DNA from: Chrysomallon squamiferum
Taxonomy: Eukaryota > Animalia > Mollusca
Length of the DNA stretch: 64,000 nt
Direction: 5' to 3'
Assembly: GCA_012295275.1 (NCBI GenBank)
Contig: CM022673.1
Coordinates: 16,554,001 to 16,618,000 of the forward strand
In this document: positions 25,693 to 39,047 of the stretch, in pieces
Position numbering within the stretch: the stretch's first letter is position 1
How the letters are laid out: every line of letters begins with the position of its first letter
Made by a program: the position numbers and the translations under genes
Notes under the pieces: model-generated
Database searches by the model: none
Seen by the model: only the letters and a program-made list of their open reading frames with translations
What the model was told of the DNA's origin: nothing

Positions 25693-27377
25693 GGACAAAA
25701 TGTGTTTAATAAAATAACTAACTGTATTTTGTAAAAATATAGTCACTTAGCCAATATGTTTAAACACACTACTGTTATAACTGCTAGATTTTAAAATTCA
25801 TGTTGATAAAGTTTTAATCTGTTTTCTCTCTTTCGAAAATAAATAGCTTAATACTAATACAGTAACTGAGTAATAGTAGTAGCCAATAGGTACAAATACT
25901 AAAATAAATTATATTTAGTTTTCGTATTTTTGGATTTACGTTATGATTATCAGTAGAAAAAAAGAAGAAAAAAGATTGAATGCCTTTTTATCCAATTTAG
26001 CATATTAAAAGTAAAATTCTTAAAAATATTATCTTTTATTAGTTATTTTGACATTTAGTTCATTATAAAATGCAACAAAATAATATCTGTATAAAGTATA
26101 ATCAAACCATAATAGTATTTCTTGTAAGATAAAAAAAAACAGCAATAAGGCATATTGGTGATAATTTTTACTTACAGACTATAAGTAGCTTCAGCAGTAA
26201 ATTAAATATGATACTTGAAACATTACTGTTGGTGTTAATGCAGTTACTGTTACACTAAATCTTTGCCAGAAAATTTTTAAATATTTATAAATTTGGTTAT
26301 TTGTACAGAGACACTGAAGACAGGAGCTTTAATATCAAGTACATTCAACTGTTGTAAAATTATAAAATTTTGTTATAGAATTTGACACACAGCAACTGCA
26401 AGTTCAGAATGGATAAAATAAGAATTTATTTGCTGATTTTAACTCACTTTATTTAGCAAATAGAGAAAAGTGCTTCCCCCCCAAAAAAAAAGAGAAGAAA
26501 AATTACAGTGTTCAGAAATGATTTATTGTTTCATTGAAATAACATAAAATAATATACTTGGCTTGTACATTGTTCAGTAGAAAAGGCAGTAGTTATTGAT
26601 ACAAATTAGTCATGTATAACACTAGTTTTGTTTTCCTGTTAACTTTTTCAGGTCCACAAGATAATTGGATTTGCTCCTATAATCCTTCAAGTTGTCATGG
26701 CTGAACAAATTGATATGCCAGTCAGACAAGCAGGTATTTGTTTTTGTTTCTAACACCTCTTGGTAACAAGTTTTGCATTTTTTAACACATAGAAATTTGG
26801 CTGCAGCTGAAACCTGATGAGTAACTATTTTATTTCATTAATTGACTTCAGAAGTTAAATCTTTATAGAAACTGAATGCAGATGTGGTTTTTCTTTATCA
26901 ATATTGTTAAACTTTTTGTGGTTTTTTTTTTGGCTTGATCATCCTTTTTTTATCTTCCTCTTTCAAACAGTTGATTCATATAAAAATAATTTTCCTTAAT
27001 TCATATACATAAATCATTATACTATATCTGTTTATTTCTGAAATAAGAAATACTATGATAACTGTTTATTTACATTATAGGTATTATATATTTGAAGAAC
27101 ATGATCACACAGTTCTGGGTGGAACAGAAAGCAGAAAACCCAACAGATCCAGTTCCTTTTAACATCCACGAACAAGATCGAGCTGCTATTAGAGATGTTA
27201 TTATTGAGGCCATCATTCATGCCTCTGAGCCAATAAGGTAGATAGTAGCTTGTTTATCAAGTCTTATGATTTAATATGTGCAGGAAATGAAACAATTGTT
27301 GTATATTGAAATATTATTGATGATATATGTGTGCTATTGTTCTTCTTATGTATAAATTTTCTTATTGAGATTATATT

Positions 27378-27423
<46 letters not shown>

Positions 27424-30400
27424 CATATCTTGTTCTGTGTTTAATTATTTTCAGGGTACAGTTGTGTGTGTGTATCAGTCACATTGTAAAACATGATTTT
27501 CCTGGGCGCTGGACCAATCTTGCTGACAAGATTGTTGGTTTTCTTCAATCTGAAGACCCAAAGACATTGATGGGTGCTCTGCTGTCACTATACCAACTTG
27601 TCAAGGTTTATGAGTAAGATTGATTTTGCTTGTCACAATATTAATTTTTCTTCTTTATATTAGTTTTTTTTTAAAACTTTTCCTTAAGTAAATATAAATG
27701 TGTTAAAATTCATCACCAGTTTGTTTCTTGATTCCTCAGAAATCAACATTATTGTGTAAAGAGAATATTTCTTGTAGACAAACTCATAGTTAAAAAAATG
27801 TTAATATCAGACATGTATAGATTTTTAATTAATGTTATGGCATTGTCATTATTGTTATCTTTATTATTCTTACTGTAATAACATTTAAGGTACAAACGCC
27901 ATGATGAAAGGAAAGTACTTGATCAGCTGATGGTTCACATACTACCATTACTGTACCAGAGAATTATACATCTGATGCCAGATGTTGGAGAGCTGTCAAA
28001 TCTTCTACAAAAACAGATTCTGAAAATATTCTATGTCTACACACAAGTAATGCAAAAAGAAAATACTTTAAATTCATTTTAGTTTCATGAAACTATGAAC
28101 TTTGGATTTCATTTAGTTGCATACAACTTAAGTTTCTATAACAAATACATTTTTAGATAAATATTAGATTCATCCTAATCTGGTTTCTCCTAATAACTGG
28201 AGTTGCAGCAAAAGAGGTATGATCTTAAAAAATTGCTAAGAAAATGCAGCTTCTCTTCAGTTTTTGTTGATGTTTTACCCCATTTGCTCTATAAAATAGG
28301 TATGTAAACAGAATTATGAGATGCTGTTGACTTGTAAGTGTTGCTTTTGGCAAAAGTGCAAGACCTGAAATACTTAAAACATTGCTTCTCTTTGATTCAT
28401 ATGCAGTAAGTAAAATGGGATAGATGATAATTTCTATAATTTGTTTTCACTGAAATGAAAACTAATAAAGGTAAGAGTGAAATGTTTATAGATCTATTGA
28501 TATTTACAGAACTGGTTGCCACAAGACACACTGAAAAGAGAAACCTTCACACAGTGGATGGAAGTTTTCAGATGCATCATGGACAGACCTGTACCAGAGG
28601 TTTGCTTTATATTAAATTTAAATAAACACAGAATATCATTTTGTTTTCAGGAATGAGAAGAAACTGAACTCGCTATGCATTTTCATTACATTCATGCATT
28701 GTCAAATTATAATCAAAGAGTAAAATCCAACAACTAAATTAACAATTTAAAAAAATATTGATTTTTTTAAGGTATGTGTTTTTACCCAGAAAATTTATTT
28801 TGTAGTGTTTATGCAAATCTAACATATTTCATGAAAAATGTCTTGTTTTATATAGAAATAGGTGTTAGTGATTGCATTATTAATTATCTCACAAGTATCC
28901 ATTGTTTGCTGGGATGACGAATAATGCTATATTAATGGTTGTCAACGAAAGTTGAGGCACTTCAATTGCCAAATACTCAAAGTAGGCTTCCAACAAGTTC
29001 TGTTTTCTGATCACAATTAATTCTTAATTATTTCAGATTTTACAACTGAATCTTTTTATAAGTTTAAAAAGCTGCAATTTTCTTAATGGATATAGAATAA
29101 AATAACATTGCATTTACTGGAACCTTTGTAAAGTTTAATAATAATTACCATATTGCTGCTATGCAGCATTGAAATGTGATGTTACTCTGAATTTATAATG
29201 CAGTATATTTCTGACATGAAATACAAATAAGAGGTAAAAATACTTTCTTGATATTTTAATAGACGTTTTATTATTCTTTGTCTGACATCTTTCAGTGTTT
29301 TGATTTTATTCTCACAGCAAACTTTACAAGTTGATGAGGATGACCGTCCAGAGTTGCCTTGGTGGAAAGTAAAAAAGTGGTCAGTGCACATCCTTGCTCG
29401 CATCTTTGAGAGGTACATCAGAAAATATTAAACATGTTGAGAATGTGTCTGAATAAAACTGACATAATACTATGCTGAAAATGTTTCTGAAATATTACAG
29501 CTTTTTTCTTGATTATCAGAAGGATTTTTTTTTTCATTAATCCTTTTTTTTTTTTTTTACTGTTTTCTACATCATTTTTTTTCGTTGTAGATATGGAAGT
29601 CCTGGAAATGTTACAAAAGAATATACACAGTTTGCAGAATGGTATCTTAAGAGTTTTTCAGGTTAGGAGTTTAGTTTATTTAAAATACAAACTTAATATA
29701 AATTATTCTAACATTCTGAAAAATATGCTTTTAAATTTTGTTTTATACTAATGATCTTGTTAAATTCATACAAAATTAGGTTATGGTGTACTCAAAGAAA
29801 TATGAAGAAGTAGTCTAAATATATTCTGCATTCTTCCAAGTTATGTTTTGTTTTCTGCTGTCAAATCAGTCAGTAATGAAGAACAACCATAAAAGATTAC
29901 AGGTTAAAAATGGCTTGGTGCTGTCATATTTCTGTTGTTATCATTTACAGGGTGGATCAGAAAAAACAGCAATGAGTCCACTATGTACATGATAATGTGT
30001 CTCCACTTGTAGAGAGTTAGAATGGCACCATTTAAGAGTTACGTAAAATAATTATTTTATCGTCACTTTGTAATGAATGGTAATAGGTTGTTTAAAACAG
30101 TAAAATAATAACTTGGAAGTATGAAGAATTTTATTAAGTCCTTTATTTGTACTGCCACAGTATTATGTTTTTTAATGAATAATTGTTTCATATCAATTGA
30201 TGCCAAATGTATTAAAACTAATGCTGGAATGAAGCAGCTATATAAAAACCTTTATTGCAGAGAGGTAAGAGTTGGCACTTTGATGTGTAATGTATTTTAA
30301 TTATTCATTGTTTCACAGCTGGAATTCTGCAGGTTTTGTTGAAAATACTGGACCAGTATCGACAACACATTTATGTTGCTCCACGTGTTTTGCAACAAGC

Positions 30401-33400
30401 ACTGAATTACATTAACCAGGGGTGAGCTGTCTGTAAACACACGCTGTTTCAGTAAACATGAATAATTTACTATTCGTTACTACTATCTAGATCATTAAAC
30501 AAGCTTTATGTATTGTTTACTCGTAAATCTGGATTATTAACATAGTGGAAGCTAATACATGTTTTGATAACTTGTTTTAAATAAAGAGACTTCACTTTAA
30601 CAAAATTAAATCATGAATCACTTGCATAATTTAAAACAGTTTTAGTTAAAAAAAACTGATAGTTGAATAATGTTATGGTCCACCTGTAATACAGAAAATG
30701 AGGATTGAAATAAATTTAACATGTTTATTTATCTTATTTATTAGTATTTTATATATGTATTTAAAAAATGTAATTTTGGAATTACTGCTGTTTATAAATG
30801 AAAATAAACTTTGTAAATCCTACCTTAAGAATTTTTTTTTTTTTTTTTTTTGATTTACAGAATCAGTCATGCTTTCTCTTGGAAATTCATAAAACCACAC
30901 ATGCAGGTAAATATAATTTTAAATTTTTAGTATTTTTTATTTTATTTAAAAAGATATTTTACAATATATTGTGCATATTAAAAATATTCAGTACTCATTG
31001 AATGTAACATGCCACTTATTCAGTGGATATATTGTTTTCTATTTTTGAAATGCATATAAAAATATATATTGATTATTTATTGTTGCTTGTTTTTACTCTT
31101 GTATCATAAACAGAAACTAAATATAAATAATACCTAGTTAGAGTTAATAATTTCAGATGTTATTAAACTGTTGTTAATTGTGAAGGATGTGTAAGTATGT
31201 GTGTGTTTGTATATGTTTCAGGACCTGATTCAACAGGTGATATTCCCTCTGATGTGTCACAGTGAGGAAGACGATGAGCTGTGGAATACTGATCCTCATG
31301 AATATATTCGTATTAAATATGGTACACTAAATATTTTTCTATGTGTTTTTTCACTAGAATAGATCACTAGGGTAAGCAATTTGGTCAGATTTTTTCAACC
31401 CCCCACACCCAAGAAACCCCCACAAATAGCTCAAGTTAATGTTAAAAAGAGAATCTTACTAATGTGAAATTACATTTAATGGAATGAAGAACAAAATCAA
31501 ATCATTTAATCATATTACAGATTATGATTTTTGGATAAATTATATCCTTGCTATAAGAATTCTGAAAATACCTTTTCACCTTGTTTTTCAGTTTTGCTAT
31601 TATATACTTTAAGTTGAATTGAATTAATTAATTTATGATCTTAAAATGGAACCAGATTTAAATACTTTTGTTGTATTAATTAATTATTTTGTTATATCAG
31701 ATGTGTTTGAAGATTTCCTTTCACCTGTAATGGCTGCTCAAATAGTGTTTTATTCTGCTGCTGCAAAACGGAAAGAGGTTCTCAATAAGGCTATGGGTTT
31801 CTGCATGTCCATTTTAACACAGCCCAATGTAGAACCAACACAGAAAGATGGAGCTATGCACATGATTGGAGCTGTAGCTGAGGTTCTTTTAAAGGTATGA
31901 TGATGTTAAATAAAAACAATAAAAAAAATAATAATAAATACATGGAGAAAGCTGAATTAGTTGATAACAAATATCTTACAGAAAACCAGTATAAACTTTA
32001 GTATTCCTATTTTATTTATTTATTTATTTATTTTCAAATTTCATGCATGATAGCTGTGTAATTGTTGTTTGTTTTTTTCTGGTTTTTTTATTTGATTTTA
32101 ATTTTTCAGTCTTGAAATATATTTTTTACAGTCTGGTTTGTTTATTGGTACATTTATTATTTCAGAGAAAGATCTATAAGGACCAGGCAGAAATGATGTT
32201 GATAAACCACGTATTGCCAGAATTTACAAGTCAGCATGGATATCTACGAGCAAGAGTAAGTTAGTAACTGTTATAAATAATGTGTACAGTATCGTAGTTC
32301 GGTTTAGTATGTTCTGTTTTGAAAGTATTCATAGATTATCTGAATAAACAAGTTCAATTTTTGGTACAGAAGATACTTAATCCATTAAATGGTTTCATTG
32401 GTGGTCATATTTATAAATTTGTTTACATTATTGCCTGTGTATATTAAAATGCAGTCATTTTTAAAAAAAAGTAAAAATTAAGCCTTTTGTTTAATAGCAA
32501 ATTATTTATACATGGATTCATATGCATAGCATCTACTTTGTTCTGACATTATTACACAAGTTTTCAGTTTCATTTTTATATTTTCCATTTGTACATCAGT
32601 TAAAAGTAAATATTTTGTGTACTTTAATAACTGTTAAATAAAAAATTTAATGTGTAATTACGTCACATTGTAGGCTTGTTGGGTAATTCGATATTTCTGT
32701 GAGCTGAAGTTTAAACAAGAGAGGAATCTAATAGCTGCTGTGGAAGCAGTGAAAACATGTTTGTGCAATGACAAAGACTTGCCCGTCCGAGTGGAAGCAG
32801 CTTTAGCTCTCCAAATGCTTATTACAGAACAAGAGAGAGGTACAAAGAGTTTTTATTTAGGTTACTTCAGTATTTCTTTTTCAAAGTAATTCTTTCAGAT
32901 GAGACTATGAATTAACAGGGTTATCTATTCATTATCATCTGTAGCTCAAATGTTAAACAATTTATTTTTGATTTTACATTGCAAAATAATTTTTGTATTT
33001 TGAAAAAATGTTTGTAGTACTTGGTGCTAAATTTCATTTAATTTTTGTCTTTTCAGCAAAAGTCTACATTCAGCCTTTTGTAAAACCAGTTGTTTTAGGT
33101 GAGTAATTTCTAAATCTGAATTTTAGCATATATTAAAATTAACTTCTAATTAATATCTTTAGTTGATTTAACACATTATTCAGTTGTTTAAAAAAACCTT
33201 GAAACTTAATGTGAGGAGCTTGTTATACTAAATAATGTGATAAACATATCAATTCAAATCGCATTTGTGATATACATTAAGGAAATAAGATAAGTAACTT
33301 GTAAATGACGTATTTAACATTTTAACAAATCTGGTGAATTGGATTTCTTTGGGAAAATCAGTATCTCTAGCTGTTCTAATTATACTGAGATAAATATTAA

Positions 33401-36400
33401 AGTTCATATAAATGTGTGGTAATACTGGTTATATTATTACTTTAATTTGTCTTTTCTTCAGAACTTTTACAAGTGATCAGAGAGACTGAAAATGATGATC
33501 TCACGGCAGTGATGCAGAGGATTGTGTGCACGTATGTTGAAGACATCATACCTATTGCTGTGGAAATGATGACACATCTGGTAATTCATTTTATACTGCT
33601 GGAAAAAACAACAATAAAAAAAATATCCCTTCAGTTTTCAAAATATTTGTTCAAAATGAGATTAGAATTAAAAAAAAAAAATTGTTTTATAAGAAGAGCT
33701 TTATAAAGATTTTCAATAGTTTGTTTATTGTGAACCGACTAATTGCTGTTTGTACAGAAACTCAAATGTAGAAATTGATCATAACACCCTGTATTCCCTA
33801 TGATGTATAGACCATGTTGGAAACCTCAGAATTAACATATTTAATCTCCATTTTCATACTTAACAAGTGCTAATAAGTTAAAATTATTATTTATTTCAGG
33901 CTCAAACGTTTGCACAGGTTCTTGATTCTGACACTGATGGGTCTGAAGAAAAGTCCATAGTTGCCTTAGGTGTTCTCAACACCATGGAAACATTACTCAG
34001 TGTGATGGAAGATAACAAGGAGGTTTGTGATTCTTCTACTCACTATTGTTTTTTATTAAACTTTCTGAGAATGGACCACACAATTTATTGTGACCCACTC
34101 TAATTGTCTTCATATATATTTTAAATTGATCTGATCCAGTACAGTTTTAATTTTTTTGCTGTAGTGATGACTGTCATTAATTCATGTTTTTTCACTTCTT
34201 TGTTGTTATGCTTCTTTTTCCATCCAACCCTCTGAAGCTTTAAATCCAGAGATTTTGTTACGAAAAATGTAAAAATTAAACATTTTTTTTTTTCCTAAAT
34301 GTATTTTGCTACTTTAACGTGTAAGTGTTTAGTGCAGCTGCGATAGATAATAAATTCCATTTATTTTCATTTTATCAAAATATCACTTACTTTTGTTGTT
34401 ATTAATTTAAATGCTATTGTTTTTCAGTTAACAATATCTTGTGTGTCCATGTGTTTTTCAGATTATCATTCAGTTAGAAGGAATTGTCCTGACAGTAATA
34501 GCCCATATACTTTCACAAAATATAATAGGTGAGTTCATTTTGGAGTGAAGTTTAGTTATTAACATCTTTGAAAATAATTGTATTCTTTTGCAGTCATGTT
34601 GAAGAAGTCAGGATGTCAATGTTTGTCACACTTTCAAACTAGAAAGAAATTTGAGCAATGTTTAATTTGGAGTTCAAAATTTTAATACTTGATTTCATTT
34701 ATAGTCATTACGTTTTAACCAGTTGTATCATTAAAGTATGCTTTATTACATATAATTTCACTGGTTATCTTAATGATGCCTGATTAAATAGAGCAATATG
34801 TTAATGACAAAATTAAGTTGTTATAGAAACTTATCCATTGAGACATTAAAGGCTAACACTGAGTTGAGGCATTTTGACTAAAGACTGCTTTGGTTTTTAT
34901 ATATTACACAGATTTCTACGAGGAGGTTTTGTCTCTGATATACAGTCTTACAAGTTCACAGGTTTCACATCACATGTGGGAGGTCCTCGGTATGATCTAT
35001 TTAATGTTCCAGAAAGATGGCATAGACTATTTCACAGGTACAGTAACATTAATTAGATACCAAATACAACCTAATTAAAATGGATATTTCACATAATTAT
35101 AATGCTTTCTTATATTGTGCATATTTTGGGTTTGCTTGTCAAAAGTATCTTTTTATTTTCAAAAATTTTGCTTTTTTCTTTTAAAAAAAAATCGTGTTTT
35201 TTTTTTTACCTTATTTTTACCAGATAAAGAATTTAAAAATACAATTTTTTTTTTATTCCAGATATGATGCCAGCTCTTCACAATTACATCACAGTAGACA
35301 CAGATGCTTTCCTTGCAAATCCACAGTACATTCAAACCATCTATGAAATGTGTAAAACAGTAAGTCAAATGAATTCTCTATGACTGAATTTTAACAAAAT
35401 AACATTCAACAACCATACTCCATTTATCCTATATTAAATCTGCCTGTTTCTGTGAATCAAAATTTGTTTGGAATTACTGATCTTTATCAACATGGCAATC
35501 AAGACCTTGAATTTAATGTGGATTTCAAAACTGCTGTGTTTATTCTTACATGGTGAACAAAGTGGCATGATCAGCTGTTATGCATGAACTATTATTAAAT
35601 GCATACAAAGAAACATAGACTCCATTGTTACAATCCAGAATAATTTTAAGATTTCTTACTAAATACAAAATGTGATGGAAGTGACAAATGGTTATTTTGT
35701 TCTATATTTTTAGGTTTTGACATCCGATGTGGGAGAAGACCCAGAATGCCATGCAGCCAAACTGCTGGAAGTCATTTTGTTACAGTGTGTCGGAAAAGTT
35801 GATGCAGTAAGAAAACATAAAACCGATAATTTAAAAATATGGAACATTAATTAGCCAAAATGATTTGTAAAATATATTTAGTCTGGCAGTAAAATTGGAA
35901 AACAAGAAAATAACTAAATACTGATAATGTTAAAATTAATTAAATTATTTATATAGTGCTGACATCCTCTGATATTTCACCTTTATTCCATGTTATATTC
36001 TGAACCAGATATTTATTTTTATTAAATTGTAGTTTTTAAAAATGTTTATCACCTCATATTTACACCCTATATTAAAAACAGCATGTGTGTCCATGCTTAT
36101 TAAGACTTTCTTGTTTTGTCTGTTCTTAATTTACACAGTGTTCACATTTTCAGGTTGTTCCATCCTTTGTGGAGTTGGCGTTGCAGCGGCTGACACGTGA
36201 AGTGCAGACGTCAGAACTGAGAACAATGTGCCTCCAAGTTGTGATAGCTGCTCTTTATTACAACACACATCTGTTGCTGGAAACCTTGACCAAGATATCA
36301 ATGCCTAACGTTCAGGGTTCAATAGCATCACAGTTCCTCAAACAGTGGATCCATGATTGTGATTGCTTTTTAGGGTAAATAATAGAATTCTGTTTTTAAT

Positions 36401-38996
36401 TTTTAATATTTTTTTTATTAGGACTATCATTCTGTGTATTTCTGGTTTTTTTTTATTTTTATTATTAATATTTTATTTTTTGGCAACTATACTTTGTTTT
36501 TCATATAAGTACTATACTTCATTTTGGAATATTAATGAAAGATAAGATGTAGGATCGGTTTTGTTTCTTTGGGTTACTTTCTATCACCAACCATTATTTA
36601 CACCTGTTAATCTAACATATAAAAATTAAAAATAATAAAAACCAAAATTATTTGAATGAAATAACAAAACAAGTTTGTTTTTAAATTATTCTTATTTTTT
36701 GTTTTATTTTATGTTTGTAAATAATTTACCAACTTCCCTATTCTGTTTATTTGATGAAAGAAAAAAATTCTGTACTAGTTGGTTCCAATTAAGGATGTTT
36801 AAATTAATCCTCTTTTTTTTTTTAAATTTTAATTATTAGTTCATAAGATTCTAAAAACATTTATTTATTTCAGTTTGCATGACAGGAAAGTGTGTGTACT
36901 AGGTCTGTGTTCACTCATAAACATGCCTCATACAAGACCAACAGAAATCTCAGAAATTAGTTCTAAGCTTATTCCAGCCTCTCTCTTACTGTTCCAGGGA
37001 TTAAAACGAGCCTATGCAAGTAAGTTGTTTTCAGTCCTGATAATACAAGAATTCTGGTATTACCTTGAGATGGTATTGGATAGGTTTCATTTGAGCTAAT
37101 TTAAAAGTTTCATTCAAAGGTTAATGTACAACATTAATGACCTGTGCTAACAATCAGACTAAGGGCTGATAGGATTGATACAGTATTAATTAAAATTTAT
37201 TTCAAGAGTTGACTGTTTATCTTGTATTAATATATTGCGTTCATTTTTCAGGTCGTGCAAAAGATGAAGAAGAATCATCTGATGAGGAAGAAAGTGAAGA
37301 AGAGAATGAACCAGGTAATTTTCTGAATTGTTGCTTTAGTCTCCTTGAAACAGAAACTTAGCAGAATGAGTAGTTTAATATAAAGAAAGCAAACTTGAGA
37401 GGAAGAGTACAAAAGGAATAAAATTTTACAAGTCTGGCTACTTTGAAATTAGTATTAACATAGGATGATGGTAATAATAAAATAATATTTAACATTTCTT
37501 TTTTTGTTTTTAGAAGTTTTAGATAGTGATGAAGATGAGATTGATGAAGAAGGGCAGGAATATTTAGAAAAATTAGAAAAAGTGGTAAGTACTGACTTTT
37601 TTTCACACACACATGAGGATAGGATAAATAGCCCAGTAACTAATTGTTTGTCTTGTGTTTAAGAACTTTTGCCAGTGTTGCTCATATGAAAACATTTAGC
37701 AGCTTGGACAATATAATGATTTTATGTGCATAAAAAAGCAGATAATAACATCCAATATATATTAAGAAAGTAATTAACTTGTGTTACTTGACAAATATAG
37801 GTCTAAGTGTAATAATAAACATTATTTTAAAATGATTCTGGCCATTAATTGTGATATATGTACAAAAAAGAAAAAGTCTACACTTAATTTTATTTTAAAA
37901 TGATTTGTGATAAAAGATTTTATGAAATGTGATTCAGGCCAATGAAGATGACAGTGATGCAGAGTACACAGATGATGGTGCTGAGGAAACAGCTTTAGAA
38001 AGTTACCAGACACCACTTGATGAGGAAAAGTGTCCGGTTGATGAATATGTTATTTTTAAAACTATACTAGAAAGTAAGCAGATGACTGTTCTATACATTG
38101 ACAAACTTTAAAAATCTTTTAAGACAGCAGTTTAGTTAGTAAATAGTTTTTATATGCATGTGCAATTAGGTTAATCAAATCTCAACATTTTCTATTGGGT
38201 AGTTAAATATGTTTTGATGATAAGGTATAAAATAGGGAGAAAATATCTTTTATGCCTAAAAGAAAAAAAAAAATTGGTATTTACTAAAGGATTATATAAA
38301 TGTCATAGAATCTGCAAAACTTAGGAGGATTAATTTAGCAGCAGAATTTGGATTGAAATGATAAAAACAAATAATAATAATCTGAAAGGTGTAAAATAAA
38401 TATATCAGAAATTTTAAATTTTCTATGTTAATGCTGGACAAAAGACAGTCACTAAAAAGTAATCAGATATCTAATACTACATAATGACACTGAAAGGGAT
38501 GTTTTCAGGCATGCAGAGCACTGATCCACAATGGTACAATTCACTTGTCATTGAACTCACTCCAGAACAGCTCAAAGAAATCGAGGAAATATTTACATTG
38601 GCCGACCAGAGAAAAGCAGTTGCAGGTTGGTATCCTTTCCTCTCCATTACTCTGGTTTTCTGTAATGTTTTCCTCTTTGAAAATCTCTCCGTCATAGGCT
38701 TTAGGTTTTTTTTGAATGTTTATGGGTGAGTATTTGTGATTATTTATTTAAACAGTTTGCTATTAGTATATTAGAATTTTAAACATTTTTAAAAGTTTTA
38801 AAATTTTAAAGGGTTTTTTTCCTTCATGGTAACAAATTCAGATTAATATGTTGTACAATGCTTTTTGTCTTGTTTTCATTTTTGTTCTTTATCTTTTTCC
38901 CCTCCAGAGTCAAAGAGAATAGAAGAAAGGGGAGGCTACATGTTCACAAATAAACAGGTTCCTCAAACATTCAACTTTGGAGGACAGATGTCTTAA
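25570..38996 (+). CDS. IPO7: importin-7 (IPO7/IPO8, moleskin family), 28 coding exons, about 1034 aa
   Basis: Starts [28 protein letters not shown]|VHKIIGFAP...MPVRQAG|IIYLKNM. Contains [58 protein letters not shown] and an acidic loop. Ends [21 protein letters not shown] (TAA 38994-38996). Exons: 25570-25653, 26652-26733, 27081-27237, 27455-27613, 27890-28046, 28510-28599, 29318-29412, 29591-29661, 30319-30421, 30861-30906, 31222-31321, 31701-31894, 32166-32255, 32674-32839, 33057-33098, 33462-33580, 33900-34022, 34462-34528, 34912-35037, 35262-35359, 35714-35806, 36154-36374, 36874-37019, 37252-37314, 37514-37584, 37938-38073, 38509-38625, 38908-38996. Confidence 0.96.
29916..30102 (+). ncRNA. 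candidate intronic structured RNA (H/ACA-snoRNA-like)
   Basis: Long hairpin, a hinge, a second hairpin and then ACA+3 nt, in importin intron 8. No canonical H box at the expected spacing. Confidence 0.25.
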
Positions 38997-39015
38997 TAAC
39001 TCAGTACTGCATAAA

Positions 39016-39047
<32 letters not shown>

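Noticed and set aside
34158-34238. C/D-box-like GTGATGA...CTGA in importin intron 17
   Set aside because: Terminal stem is only 3 bp and I could not recognise an rRNA or snRNA antisense element of 10 nt or more; expected by chance.
38626-38640. U12-type donor look-alike GTATCCTTT in the last importin intron
   Set aside because: Using it creates an immediate TGA, and there is no U12 branch site near the acceptor. The GT donor 4 nt upstream gives the conserved sequence.
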